Source of the DNA: Calditrichaceae bacterium
GTDB lineage: Bacteria > Calditrichota > Calditrichia > Calditrichales > JBFXGD01
Direction of reading: 5' to 3'
NCBI GenBank assembly: GCA_050173015.1
Contig: JBFXLE010000016.1
Span: forward strand, 31,188 to 95,187
Length of the DNA: 64,000 nucleotides
Part shown: one piece after another, positions 1 through 10,177 of the stretch
Numbering within the stretch: position 1 is the stretch's first letter
Layout of the letters: every line of letters begins with the position of its first letter
Translations under genes and position numbers: made by a program
The notes under the pieces: model-generated
The model's database searches: none
The model's input: the letters and a program-made list of their open reading frames with translations, nothing else
What the model was told of the DNA's origin: nothing

Positions 1-1509
1 ATCATAGTGCATATTTTTGATATAGTCCGGATCAATCGTGTCGCTTTGTTCAAGCCATTCCATGATGCGTTGTACGCGATAAGGCGCCATTGGAAGATTA
101 ATGGGAGCCACTTCGCCAAATTTATTAAGATCATTATTGGCCGTCGCGAAATAACCGGAATCAGGGTTATAACAGGATGGGAATGTATCGGGATTCTCAA
201 AACCCTTCCAATCGTTTTCGGGCAGCCAGCCCGGAACCGGGAGAAGTCCGCTGTTGTTTTCCCGGCGAACCGGCATTCTTCCGTTCATCTGATACCCGAT
301 ATTCCCCTCTGTATCCGCAAATACCCAGTTGAACGTGGGCATGGTAATGAGTCGGAACTGTTTTTTGGCTTCTTCCACCGATTTGATTTCTTCTACCCGC
401 ATAAAAATATTGAAGATTTCGGCGCCGGCGCCTTCTCTTCCCGTGAATCCCATGGCCAAATATTTCCCCGGAACATCGGGTGTACCCTCAAGCACCCCGT
501 GATGATTTTCATAGTATGTAAGGGTAATTTCTTCTTTCTTTTTAGGTTTAAGTATTTCGGTTCTTTTTTCAAACGGAATCCACCGGTCATCATACCGAAA
601 TTTCTCATCTTTGCAGTCTTCAATAAAATAATCAATCATATCCATAAAACCGTAGGTGCCGCCCCAGGCCAAATGATTGCTTTTTCCCATTACCATCACA
701 GGTAAACCCGGCATGGTAATTCCCATCACCTTACTGTCGCCCGTTTTCCAGATCATCTCGTACCATAATCCTGGCAGACGGTTAATTTCCAAATGCGGAT
801 CGGTCGCCAGAATTGTTTTTCCTGATTTTGTTTTCTGACCGCTGACAACCCAGTTGTTACTGGATTGGATATTCGGAAGTATCTGATTCCAGATATGCGA
901 TGGAACCATTTCATGCACTAACCGGATTTGTTTTATCAGGTCATAGTCGATTTTTTCTTCAAGATACGGAAACATTGCCCTGATACGGTCTTCATCGAGA
1001 TCATGCTTTATGAGCTGAATCAGCAATTTTTCCATATCGCCCTGCGCCTGGGCCAGCCCGATGTAACCCATGATTTTGGCCGTTAGCAATGAATGTCCCG
1101 GTTCCCACTTTTCCGGTTTATATCCGATCAGTTTATATTCCAACGGCCGCTTTCCTTTGGATATCACTTCGTTTATTCCGGCGCAATACGCGTCGAGTTC
1201 TGATCTGATATCGGGTTTAAGCTTTTTTATCTCTTCTTCGATGCCTCTCTCAAAGCTAATCCAGCGCATATATTTATCAATCTCAATAAGTTCATCCGTA
1301 CCCGCGAGCAGTTCCGAAGCGCGTCCTTGTCCGAGAATCCGAACCATTGTCATCTGCACAAGACGGTCCGACGCCTGGGCATATCCAATCCCAAAACACA
1401 GATCTTCCCGATTGGATGCCGTAATAACCGGGACTCCGGATTGATTTCTTTTGATGGTGATTTTGTTGTGAATGGCCTGTAATTCGAATGTTTTTGTGGA
1501 AGAGTTCAT
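1..1509 (-). CDS. Penicillin acylase family (Ntn hydrolase) protein, truncated by the window edge
   Basis: Translated by hand from the ATG at 1509: MNSSTKTFELQAIHNKITIKRNQSGVPVITASNREDLCFGIGYAQASDRLVQM. The catalytic-type SNNWVVSG..TKSGKTILATDPHL motif is at ~861-790. It is absent from the ORF track because it runs off the left end. Confidence 0.9.
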   Translation of the reverse strand, partial: MNSSTKTFELQAIHNKITIKRNQSGVPVITASNREDLCFGIGYAQASDRLVQMTMVRILGQGRASELLAGTDELIEIDKYMRWISFERGIEEEIKKLKPDIRSELDAYCAGINEVISKGKRPLEYKLIGYKPEKWEPGHSLLTAKIMGYIGLAQAQGDMEKLLIQLIKHDLDEDRIRAMFPYLEEKIDYDLIKQIRLVHEMVPSHIWNQILPNIQSSNNWVVSGQKTKSGKTILATDPHLEINRLPGLWYEMIWKTGDSKVMGITMPGLPVMVMGKSNHLAWGGTYGFMDMIDYFIEDCKDEKFRYDDRWIPFEKRTEILKPKKKEEITLTYYENHHGVLEGTPDVPGKYLAMGFTGREGAGAEIFNIFMRVEEIKSVEEAKKQFRLITMPTFNWVFADTEGNIGYQMNGRMPVRRENNSGLLPVPGWLPENDWKGFENPDTFPSCYNPDSGYFATANNDLNKFGEVAPINLPMAPYRVQRIMEWLEQSDTIDPDYIKNMHYD

Positions 1510-1631
1510 TTTAACCTCATTGAGATTTTTTGATAGTTTCACGGTTAAAACATAACAAGATATTGGCTGAATGAATAGTAAAATCTAAAAAAAACAAACA
1601 AAATAAATTCTGAAAAATCTGCTTACTGATC

Positions 1632-1979
1632 TCATGACCGTTCGGGACCCGGTCCTTTCCATCTGAAAACATCAAGATCTGTCCGCCCGTTTTCACCAAA
1701 GACTACCCCTTCCGCCTCCAGCAGGAGGCGCTGCCGGAGATCACCATTTCCGTCCGAACGCGGGCTTATACCACCCTGACTGTTTATAACGCGCTGCCAC
1801 GGAACATCGCTTCCGGCAGGGAGCGCGGCCATGGCGTAACCCACCATTCGCGGAGTGCATGAGCCGACCATTTTCGCTATCTGACCATAAGTAGCCACTT
1901 GTCCCGATGGTATCCCGCTGACAAGCAGATAAATTTTATCATAGATTGAATGCGGTCGTTTATTTGATTTTTTTATCAT
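1632..1979 (-). CDS. Alkyltransferase-like (ATL/MGMT family) DNA-damage binding protein
   Basis: IPSGQVATYGQIA..PRMVGYA..VPWQRVIN; Trp replaces the catalytic Cys of PCHRV. Confidence 0.88.
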   Translation of the reverse strand: MIKKSNKRPHSIYDKIYLLVSGIPSGQVATYGQIAKMVGSCTPRMVGYAMAALPAGSDVPWQRVINSQGGISPRSDGNGDLRQRLLLEAEGVVFGENGRTDLDVFRWKGPGPERS

Positions 1980-1999
1980 CTTTTGCTTTATAATCTGAG

Positions 2000-2830
2000 T
2001 TATTTTACAAGCCTGATGCCTTTTTCCCCAATACTGATTTTTCCATCCTTATATAATCCACCGATCACTTTCTTAAACATTTTTTTACTCATCCGGAAAG
2101 TTTCTTCAATCTCACGCGGGGAACTTTTATCATTATAAGGAAGGAATCCTCCCGCTTTTTCGAGAAGATCCATTACATCCGGTTTAGAATCGATTACTGC
2201 TTTATATCCAAGCGGTTTGAGACTCAGGTCAATCTTTTTGTCATCTCTGATATTTTTTATATATCCAATCCTGGAATCTCCGACTCTCATTTCTTCTCTA
2301 ATTTCTTCCGCGTACAGCATGCCGGAATATTTATTATCAATGATAGCCATCATTCCCAAATCCGTCTGCCTGTAAATAAGTAGATTGACCTCAAGATTTT
2401 CTTTCAAATTATCCGGATCGCTTTTTAGATATTTTTGTATTTTTGTGGTCGCGAAGAGCCGGTTCGTCTTTGAATCAAGGCAAAGCCGGACAATATAAGA
2501 TTCGCCCTGCGACATTCTAATCTTCTGTTCTCTGAAGGGTACAAAGAGATCTTTTTCCAGCCCCCAGTCCAGGAAAGCGCCGAAACGATTGACATCTTTT
2601 ACTCTTAAAAAAGCAAACTCATCCAGAATCGCTTTTGGCGTAAGAGTTGTGGCGATCAACCGGTCTTCGGAGTCTGTATATATGAATACACTTATCTTAT
2701 CACCCGGTTTTGAATTTTTCGGAACATATTTGGCGGGGAGAAGGACTTCTTCATCCCCTTCTTTCAGATAAAGTCCAAAGTTAACCAGTCGTTCAACCCG
2801 GAGTTCGTTATATTTCCCTATTTTAATCAT
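2000..2830 (-). CDS. CvfB/YitL family S1 RNA-binding protein
   Basis: GLYL..EVLLP, FIYTDSEDRLIATT, GAFLDWGLEKDLFVPF, and C-terminal wHTH DKSSPxEI..MSKKMFKK..GGLYK. Confidence 0.9.
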   Translation of the reverse strand: MIKIGKYNELRVERLVNFGLYLKEGDEEVLLPAKYVPKNSKPGDKISVFIYTDSEDRLIATTLTPKAILDEFAFLRVKDVNRFGAFLDWGLEKDLFVPFREQKIRMSQGESYIVRLCLDSKTNRLFATTKIQKYLKSDPDNLKENLEVNLLIYRQTDLGMMAIIDNKYSGMLYAEEIREEMRVGDSRIGYIKNIRDDKKIDLSLKPLGYKAVIDSKPDVMDLLEKAGGFLPYNDKSSPREIEETFRMSKKMFKKVIGGLYKDGKISIGEKGIRLVK

Positions 2831-2956
2831 TCAATTTCCCTGCAATCTGTAAAATATGAGACATCTGTTCTGACTTTACGACCTATTAACATTTACTCTG
2901 ATGTCGTTCAATTCAAAAATAATATAATAAACCGGATTATAAAAATTATTTATTTC

Positions 2957-3001
2957 TTGACCTGATATTTCATCGTATTACATTTATACCGACCGGTCGG
3001 T
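2957..3001 (+). promoter_or_regulatory. Sigma70-like promoter with a perfect 14-bp palindromic operator (probable TetR site)
   Basis: TTGACC (2957-62), 16 nt, TACATT (2979-84), then the palindrome ACCGACCGGTCGGT at 2988-3001, upstream of the tetR-family gene. Confidence 0.7.
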
Positions 3002-3022
3002 CATTTTAATAATTGAGGATTT

Positions 3023-3637
3023 ATGGCGCCAAGGATTGTTAACAAAGAACAAAAAAAGAATGAAATTATGCTTGCCGCCATGCGTGTTTTTGCCGCAAAG
3101 GGAGCGGCAAAAGCAAAAATGACGGATATCGCCACGGAAGCCGGCATTGGGAAAGGTACCATTTATGAGTACTTTCACGGCAAGGAGGATATATTCGCCG
3201 CGGCGTTTAATTATCATTTTCAGACCATAGAAGATGCCACTCGCGCAACCATTATATCTTCAAAAGATCCCGTGACAAAACTAAATCTGCTTGTTCAGCA
3301 CTCGCTCCGGATATTTTTAAGTGATTCAGGGGAATTCGCGGAAATAATGATGGATTTCTGGGCGGAGGGGATCAGAAACAAAGATTCAAAAATATTAAAA
3401 ATTATCGATCTGAATCAAATCTATATCAATTACCGTAAATATATTTCAGATATTCTGGCTGAAGGGATTCAATCCGGAATTTTTAGAGTATTGGATACAA
3501 ATGCCATGTCATCCGTCTTGATCGCGGCTCTTGATGGATTGAGTTTGCAATGGATTATGGCGCGCGAAACATTTGATCTCCAAAAAGCGGCAGACATCAT
3601 GCTCGACGGATTTTTAAACGGAATCATCAAATCATAA
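3023..3637 (+). CDS. TetR/AcrR family transcriptional regulator
   Basis: N-terminal HTH AAMRVFAAKG..MTDIATEAGIGKGTIYEYFHGKEDI. Confidence 0.95.
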   Translation: MAPRIVNKEQKKNEIMLAAMRVFAAKGAAKAKMTDIATEAGIGKGTIYEYFHGKEDIFAAAFNYHFQTIEDATRATIISSKDPVTKLNLLVQHSLRIFLSDSGEFAEIMMDFWAEGIRNKDSKILKIIDLNQIYINYRKYISDILAEGIQSGIFRVLDTNAMSSVLIAALDGLSLQWIMARETFDLQKAADIMLDGFLNGIIKS

Positions 3638-3648
3638 AGGCGGGGACG

Positions 3649-4404
3649 ATGAAAATTCAACTGCTAATTATCCTGTTAATTTTAGCGCCGGTTTTGATCT
3701 TTTCTCAGGACAGCGGCGAATCGGCCAAAGAAATTGTCCGAAAGGCAAATGATCTGCTCAGGGCAAACAGCAGTATCGCCCAGGTGACCATGGAAATCGT
3801 TAAGCCCGACTGGTCCAGAAAATACTCAATGAAAATCTGGTCGCTGGAACCGGAGTACGGCCTTGTTCTCATCACTTCTCCGGCAAAAGACAAGGGTTTG
3901 GTGACTTTGAAACGGGAACAGGAGGTTTGGAACTGGATCCCGGCGGTACAAAGAATGATTAAAATTCCGCCGTCCATGATGCTGCAGTCGTGGATGGGTT
4001 CCGATTTTACCAATGATGATCTTGTGCGCCAGTCCTCTGTTGTAGATGACTATGAGCATCGTATCCTGGAAGAAGAGAAACTGAATGAATATACCTGCTA
4101 TAAACTGGAGCTTATACCAAAACCGGAAGCGGGCGTGGTCTGGGGAAAAATACTGTTGTGGGTTTCGAAAGACAGCTATCTCGAGCTGAAAAGCGAGTAT
4201 TATGATGAGGACGGTATCCTGATAAAATATATGACCGGAAGCAATGTCAGGAAAATGGGCGACAGAATCATTCCGTCACGCTGGGAAATGATTCCGGTCG
4301 ATAAACCGGGCCAAAAAACCGTATTTGAATATGAGGACATGAAATTTAATGTCAAAATCGACCGTGCGTTCTTTTCAGAACAGAATATGAAACGTGTCAG
4401 ATAG
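3649..4404 (+). CDS. Outer-membrane lipoprotein-sorting (LolA-like) periplasmic protein
   Basis: Signal peptide; SPAKDKG..L, WMGSDFTNDDL and C-terminal FFS motifs typical of the LolA-like family. Confidence 0.85.
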   Translation: MKIQLLIILLILAPVLIFSQDSGESAKEIVRKANDLLRANSSIAQVTMEIVKPDWSRKYSMKIWSLEPEYGLVLITSPAKDKGLVTLKREQEVWNWIPAVQRMIKIPPSMMLQSWMGSDFTNDDLVRQSSVVDDYEHRILEEEKLNEYTCYKLELIPKPEAGVVWGKILLWVSKDSYLELKSEYYDEDGILIKYMTGSNVRKMGDRIIPSRWEMIPVDKPGQKTVFEYEDMKFNVKIDRAFFSEQNMKRVR

Positions 4405-4416
4405 GAAAGGAACGCC

Positions 4417-5631
4417 ATGTATTTTATATTAAGCTGGCGGAATTTGTGGCGTAACAAAAAACGGACAGTTATTGTGGGCGCGTCCATATTTTTTGCCGTT
4501 ATTCTCGCAGTTTTTATGCGTTCCGGCCAGCTCGGATCTTACAGCTATATGATTCACTCATCGGCAAAACTTTTCACCGGCTATTTACAGATTCAGGGAA
4601 AAGATTATTGGGAAAACCGTTCACTTGACTACAGCATTGTAATTGACGATCATCAAAGGGGAAAAATTGATAGTCTTCGGTATATCACTTCCGCGACTCC
4701 CCGGCTTGAGTCATTCGCGTTAATTTCATATAAAAAGTTGACCAAGGTGTCACAGGTGATCGGTATCGATCCCGGTTTAGAGGACCGGATGAACGGTTTA
4801 AGTGACCGGGTTATCAGTGGGCAATATCTTGATAACGGAGAAGAAGGCATCCTGGTTGCAGAAGGCCTGGCCAAAATGCTGAAGGTGAATACCGGTGACA
4901 GTATCATCATTTACGGACAGGGTTATCACGGGCAGATTGCCGCGGCCCGTTTACCTGTTAAAGGGATAGTAAAACTTCCCTTTCCTGAGATGAATAACGC
5001 CCTGGTATATCTCAGCCTGCAAAACGCGCAGGAGGTATATTCCGCTCTCGGACGCGTCACCTCCCTCTCTCTCATGATCAATGATATCAGAAATTTGGAT
5101 GAAGTCCTTATTGAAATCAGGAAGATATTCGGATCCGATTATAACGTCATGACCTGGGATGAGATGATGCCGGAACTGGAGCAGAGCATTCAGATGGACA
5201 ATGTCAGCGGCATCATTATGCTTGCCATTCTGTACATCGTTATCGCATTTGGCGTTTTTGGAACAGTGATGATGATGACCACCGAGAGAACACGCGAATT
5301 TGGCATTTTAATTTCCGTGGGTATGAAAAAATCCAAACTTATCGCGGTCACGACCATAGAATCGATAATGATTTCCTTTCTGGGGGTTATCGTAGGATTT
5401 CTCGGCAGTATCCCGGTCATTTATTATTTCTATTATAATCCGATCCGGCTGACAGGAGAAATGGCGAGAGCGTATGAAACACTTGGCATTGAAGCCATCA
5501 TGGCCTTTAGCGTCGACCCCGGTATTTTCCTGGGGCAATCCGTGGTGGTACTGATTATTGCTCTGACCACCGCCATGTATCCGTTTCTTTTCATCAACCG
5601 TTTAACAGTTGTAGAAGCGATCACTAAATAA
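4417..5631 (+). CDS. ABC transporter permease, LolE/FtsX/MacB type
   Basis: WRNLWRNKKRT start, large periplasmic loop, ERTREFGILISVGM. Confidence 0.92.
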   Translation: MYFILSWRNLWRNKKRTVIVGASIFFAVILAVFMRSGQLGSYSYMIHSSAKLFTGYLQIQGKDYWENRSLDYSIVIDDHQRGKIDSLRYITSATPRLESFALISYKKLTKVSQVIGIDPGLEDRMNGLSDRVISGQYLDNGEEGILVAEGLAKMLKVNTGDSIIIYGQGYHGQIAAARLPVKGIVKLPFPEMNNALVYLSLQNAQEVYSALGRVTSLSLMINDIRNLDEVLIEIRKIFGSDYNVMTWDEMMPELEQSIQMDNVSGIIMLAILYIVIAFGVFGTVMMMTTERTREFGILISVGMKKSKLIAVTTIESIMISFLGVIVGFLGSIPVIYYFYYNPIRLTGEMARAYETLGIEAIMAFSVDPGIFLGQSVVVLIIALTTAMYPFLFINRLTVVEAITK

Positions 5632-5643
5632 TCAGGGGGATGA

Positions 5644-6858
5644 ATGCTGATCACGCTTGCCTGGAAAAATATCTGGAGAAATAAAAAACGCAGTCTTATC
5701 GTCTTTGCCGCCATTATTTTTGGCTTGTGGGGCGGGCTGATTTCCGGCGCTATCATGATGGGTTTCGGTGAATCAATGGTCAACTCAGCTATTGACCGCG
5801 ATCTTTCCCACATCCAACTGCATAAAAAGGGGTACTCCGAGAACAAGGAAATTACGGATTTTATCCCTGACGCTCTCGCGATCATGGACACGCTTCGCCA
5901 TATGTCCGCGGTCAGTAATGTTGCCGGACGTACCGTCATCGAAGGTATGGGCGCCTCCCCTGCTTCGGTCTTTGGTGTAAAAATTATCGGGATTGATCCG
6001 GCGGAGTCTGTGAAAGTCACTGATATCCATAAAAAGCTGATTGAGGGCAATTACTTTGAAACGAACGACAGAAACCCGGTTGTGATCGGCGCGAAACTTG
6101 CTGAAAGACTAAAGCTGAAACTGCGGTCTAAAATCGTACTCAGTTTCCAGGGACTTGATGGTTCGATAATTTACACAGCCTGTAGGGTTGTTGGAATCTT
6201 TAAATCGGAATCAAGCCTATTTGATGAGATGCATCTGTTTGCGCTGCAGGAAGATTTGTTCCGACTTCTAAATACGGAACCGATTATTCATGAAATTGCC
6301 GTTCGCGTCAAATCCGCGAGACTTTTGCCGGTAGCATACGGCGAAATAAAATCAGATTTTCAGAATCTGTCGGTCATGAACTGGATGGAGATCGCCCCGG
6401 AGATTGCCTTTACCGCCTCCTATATGGAAGGCTTCACATATTTATTCGTAGCCATCATCCTGCTCGCTCTGCTTTTCGGAATAACCAACACCATGCTGAT
6501 GTCAGTGGTCGAACGCGTCAGGGAGCTGGGGATACTCATTGCCGTGGGTATGAAAAGAAGCAAAGTTTTTTTGATGATTCTCTGGGAGACAATAATGCTT
6601 TCCGTCACCGGCGGCATATTAGGCATGATAACCGGAGGAGTTACCATTTTTTATTATTACAGGTCCGGGATGGATTTTTCAATTGTCGCTGACAGCATGG
6701 CAAGTTTTGGCGCAAGCGCGGTTGTGTATCCATTTTTGCCCTTTTCAATGTATATCATCATCACATTTATGATCATCATCGCCGCGAATATAGCGGCAAT
6801 TCTGCCGGCCTGGAAGGCGATTCACTTACTGCCGTCCGAAGCCATTCGCGTTTATTAG
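5644..6858 (+). CDS. ABC transporter permease, LolE/FtsX/MacB type
   Basis: AWKNIWRNKKRS, NTMLMSVVERVRELGILIAVGM, PAWKA..P.EAIR. Confidence 0.92.
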   Translation: MLITLAWKNIWRNKKRSLIVFAAIIFGLWGGLISGAIMMGFGESMVNSAIDRDLSHIQLHKKGYSENKEITDFIPDALAIMDTLRHMSAVSNVAGRTVIEGMGASPASVFGVKIIGIDPAESVKVTDIHKKLIEGNYFETNDRNPVVIGAKLAERLKLKLRSKIVLSFQGLDGSIIYTACRVVGIFKSESSLFDEMHLFALQEDLFRLLNTEPIIHEIAVRVKSARLLPVAYGEIKSDFQNLSVMNWMEIAPEIAFTASYMEGFTYLFVAIILLALLFGITNTMLMSVVERVRELGILIAVGMKRSKVFLMILWETIMLSVTGGILGMITGGVTIFYYYRSGMDFSIVADSMASFGASAVVYPFLPFSMYIIITFMIIIAANIAAILPAWKAIHLLPSEAIRVY

Positions 6859-6893
6859 AGCGGTAGATTAAAATATAACCAGGAGATGAAAGC

Positions 6894-7580
6894 ATGGCGC
6901 TTATTGAACTGTCAGGGCTGGAAAAAACATATAATACCACGGCTGTCCCGGTTCATGCCGTAAGAAATATCGGGTTAACTTTTGAAGCAAAAGAATTTAC
7001 CGCGATCGTCGGCCCTTCGGGATCGGGAAAGACCACACTGCTCAATCTCATCGGCGGTTTGGATAAACCGACAAGAGGAAAAGTAGTCATCGGCGGTGTG
7101 GATATTTCCACAATGAAACCCGGTGAACTTGTGAATTACAGGTTGCATCATATCGGCTTTGTTTTTCAGGCGTATAATCTCATTCCTGTATTTAACGCGC
7201 GGGAAAATGTTGAATTCATAATGTTGCTTCAAAAAATACCCAAAGAGGAGCGCGACCGCAGGGCGCTGGAGCTTCTGAAGGCCGTTGGTCTGAGTGACCG
7301 GACGGACGCGAGACCTTCTCAACTTTCAGGGGGACAACAACAGCGTGTGGCCGTGGCAAGAGCGCTCGCTTCACGGCCGGCCTTTGTGCTTGCCGATGAA
7401 CCCACGGCGAACCTGGATTCAGAATCAGCCGAATCTTTACTGGATTTGATGGAAGAATTAAATCAGTCATCCGGCATGACATTTCTTTTTTCGACTCATG
7501 ACGCGAGAGTGATAAAACGCGCGCATCGGGTGATAACATTAAAGGACGGCGCGATATTTTCAGATGAGAAGAGAAACTAA
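6894..7580 (+). CDS. ABC transporter ATP-binding protein, LolD-like
   Basis: Walker A GPSGSGKT, LSGGQQQRVA, DEPTANLD, STHD. Confidence 0.95.
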   Translation: MALIELSGLEKTYNTTAVPVHAVRNIGLTFEAKEFTAIVGPSGSGKTTLLNLIGGLDKPTRGKVVIGGVDISTMKPGELVNYRLHHIGFVFQAYNLIPVFNARENVEFIMLLQKIPKEERDRRALELLKAVGLSDRTDARPSQLSGGQQQRVAVARALASRPAFVLADEPTANLDSESAESLLDLMEELNQSSGMTFLFSTHDARVIKRAHRVITLKDGAIFSDEKRN

Positions 7581-7584
7581 GCCT

Positions 7585-8769
7585 ATGCGTCATCCAATAT
7601 TTTTAATCATATTATTTTATTTGACTTCTTTCGGACAAGCCGATGATTACGAGGTTAACGGATATGCCAAATATCTTTTTTCTTCATCCCGGCTGGCCGG
7701 TGATGAAAACCGTCTTAATGATCACTTACTTCATGCCCGGCTCAATACCCGCTGGTCCCCGACTTTTTCATTCTACTCCGTACTGGAAACAAGATTACGC
7801 GGGTATTATGGTGACTCCGTCAGTGAGGTTCCCGGGTTCAAAGATCTTATAAAAAACAAATATGATTTACTTGATCTGGATGCCGTGCTTCTTGATAAAA
7901 GTGACTCCTACATATACGCGGAAATTGACCGTTTGTATTTTGATTATACCACGGGAAAACTGGAGATGACCATCGGCAGGCAGCGAATCGCCTGGGGCAC
8001 ATCGCTCGTCTGGAATATCACCGATTTATTCAATCCCAAGTCCGTTCTGGATTTTGATTATGAAGAGATGCCCGGCGCCGATGCCCTTCGACTTCAGTAT
8101 TACACCGGCGCGGTCTCAAAAGCCGAATTCGTCATAAAACCGGGAGAAAACCGGTATACGAGAACAATTGCCGGATTATGGTCCATCAACACAGCCGGTT
8201 ATGATATTTTTTTTATCGGAGGCTTGAAAAACAACCGAAAAATAGCGGGATTTTCCTGGGCAGGTGATATTCGGGGAGCCGGATTCAGGGGTGAGATAAC
8301 ATTCAGCGATCCCCCTAAAAAAGGGACACCGGCGGAATTCATGATACCTGATTTATACGGCAGCAGCATAACAGAAGAAAACAGGAACAGTCTTAGCGTC
8401 GTCCTCTCCGGAGATTATACCTTCGAAAACTCATTTTACATTCACACCGAGATGCTGTATAATAACGTCGGAAAAACGAAAAACACCGGTCTCTTCTCCT
8501 ATCAGGCAGGCGATGCGGGCCTTCTCTCACCCGCCCGCTGGTCCGTTTATCATGAATTTTCCTACAATATTACTCCGCTCACCAGAGGAACCGTGTTTTT
8601 GATATACAATCCGTCTGACCGTTCATCAATTACCGTACCGCTGATCAGCCATTCTTTAACGGAATCCGTCGATCTCATGCTGATCGGTTTTCTCTCATCA
8701 GGTAAACGATTTACGGAATACGGTGATGCCGGTGACTCCTTCTTTTTAAGGATGAGATATTCATTTTGA
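7585..8769 (+). CDS. Putative outer-membrane beta-barrel protein
   Basis: Signal peptide, alternating aromatic beta-strands, IGRQRIAWG motif and C-terminal YSF; start taken at the ATG at 7585. Confidence 0.7.
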   Translation: MRHPIFLIILFYLTSFGQADDYEVNGYAKYLFSSSRLAGDENRLNDHLLHARLNTRWSPTFSFYSVLETRLRGYYGDSVSEVPGFKDLIKNKYDLLDLDAVLLDKSDSYIYAEIDRLYFDYTTGKLEMTIGRQRIAWGTSLVWNITDLFNPKSVLDFDYEEMPGADALRLQYYTGAVSKAEFVIKPGENRYTRTIAGLWSINTAGYDIFFIGGLKNNRKIAGFSWAGDIRGAGFRGEITFSDPPKKGTPAEFMIPDLYGSSITEENRNSLSVVLSGDYTFENSFYIHTEMLYNNVGKTKNTGLFSYQAGDAGLLSPARWSVYHEFSYNITPLTRGTVFLIYNPSDRSSITVPLISHSLTESVDLMLIGFLSSGKRFTEYGDAGDSFFLRMRYSF

Positions 8770-9012
8770 GCCCGTCTCCTATGATTATCAATAAAGTATT
8801 TTTTATGTATATCAAAAACCCGGAGAAATTCATAATAATAATTTGAATCTCTTCTGTTTATGCCGACAATCCTCATCAATTTATAATCAGATGTATAGTG
8901 GAAGAGAAATCGGAAACTATTTATTAAAAAACACATATTCAATCTTGCATACTGAAAATTTATTCTTAAATTTAGCAGCTATATTAGATTGATACTTATG
9001 GAGTAAGCGCTG

Positions 9013-9606
9013 ATGCTTGAATCTATCGGAATGTCTGTGTCACAGGAAGTTATGACATACCTGATCATTCCTGTTTTTATTATGATCGCCAGAATATTTG
9101 ATGTGAGTCTTGGCACTATCCGGATCATCATGATATCGAGATCGAACAGACTCATCGCGGCATTCCTTGGTTTTTTTGAAGTCATTATCTGGTTGATCGC
9201 CGTAACACAGGTGCTTCAGAATCTACAGAATGTGGTCTCTTATATCGCGTACGGGGCCGGATTTGCGATCGGTAATTATCTGGGTATATCTTTTGAAAAC
9301 AAACTGGCCATCGGAATGCAGACCATTCAAATTATTACTAAGGATAATTTTAAAACCTTATCGATGCTTTTGCGGGAAGAAGGATTTGGTGTCACCAACT
9401 TACAGGCCAATGGTCAGAAGGGTCAGCTCGACTTTATTCATGTCGTGACCTCCCGGAAGAGGACAAAAGAGGTACTCGCGATTGTCAAACAGTTTGATCC
9501 GATGGCATTTATATCTATAACGGATCTCAGGTCATCCTATGCCGGTTTTAATGGAAGCAGATCCCGAAATTCATGGTGGCCGCGCGGCATTGTAAAGAAA
9601 AAATAA
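9013..9606 (+). CDS. UPF0316 (DUF5698/DUF2179) membrane protein
   Basis: ARIFDVSLGTIR, GFFEVIIW, YGAGFAIGNYLG, C-terminal DPxAFI. Confidence 0.85.
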   Translation: MLESIGMSVSQEVMTYLIIPVFIMIARIFDVSLGTIRIIMISRSNRLIAAFLGFFEVIIWLIAVTQVLQNLQNVVSYIAYGAGFAIGNYLGISFENKLAIGMQTIQIITKDNFKTLSMLLREEGFGVTNLQANGQKGQLDFIHVVTSRKRTKEVLAIVKQFDPMAFISITDLRSSYAGFNGSRSRNSWWPRGIVKKK

Positions 9607-9709
9607 CGGAGATTGTATTCATCTTCGTTTGTTTTATTTGCATGAAGTTATGGAGATCGGTATAATTAACCCGGTAACTACAAATTATTAAGATTAATCC
9701 GGAGGCGGT

Positions 9710-10168
9710 TTGAAAAACGCAAAAATTTACACTGACGGCGCGTGCTCGGGGAATCCCGGTCCCGGTGGATATGGTACTATCGTCGAGATAGACGGAGAAC
9801 GAACTGAGCTTTCAAAGGGATATAAAAAGACTACAAACAACAGAATGGAACTTCGCGCTGTTCTTGCCGGTCTTGAATTACTGAACGAACCCCACGAGGT
9901 TGAAATTTATTCTGATTCAAAATATGTCATCGATGCCATAAGACTCAAATGGGCAGAACGCTGGAGAGCTAATGACTGGATGCGAAATAAAAAAGAAAAA
10001 GCGCTTAATCCCGATCTTTGGGGAAAACTTCTCGATCTGCTAAAACCTCATAAAGTAACTTTGAATTGGGTGAAGGGTCATGCCGGACATCCGGAGAATG
10101 AACGTTGCGACGAGTTGGCCGTGGCTGCGAGTCTCGGTCTTGATTTAGAAGATGATCCCAGAAGCTAA
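9710..10168 (+). CDS. rnhA: Ribonuclease HI
   Basis: YTDGACSGNPGPGG, TTNNRMEL, SDSKYV, WVKGHAGHPENERCD. Confidence 0.97.
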   Translation: MKNAKIYTDGACSGNPGPGGYGTIVEIDGERTELSKGYKKTTNNRMELRAVLAGLELLNEPHEVEIYSDSKYVIDAIRLKWAERWRANDWMRNKKEKALNPDLWGKLLDLLKPHKVTLNWVKGHAGHPENERCDELAVAASLGLDLEDDPRS

Positions 10169-10177
10169 ATGCGGACA

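Noticed and set aside
7-1444. Plus-strand ORFs 7-705 and 1070-1444
   Set aside because: Antisense shadows of the minus-strand penicillin acylase gene
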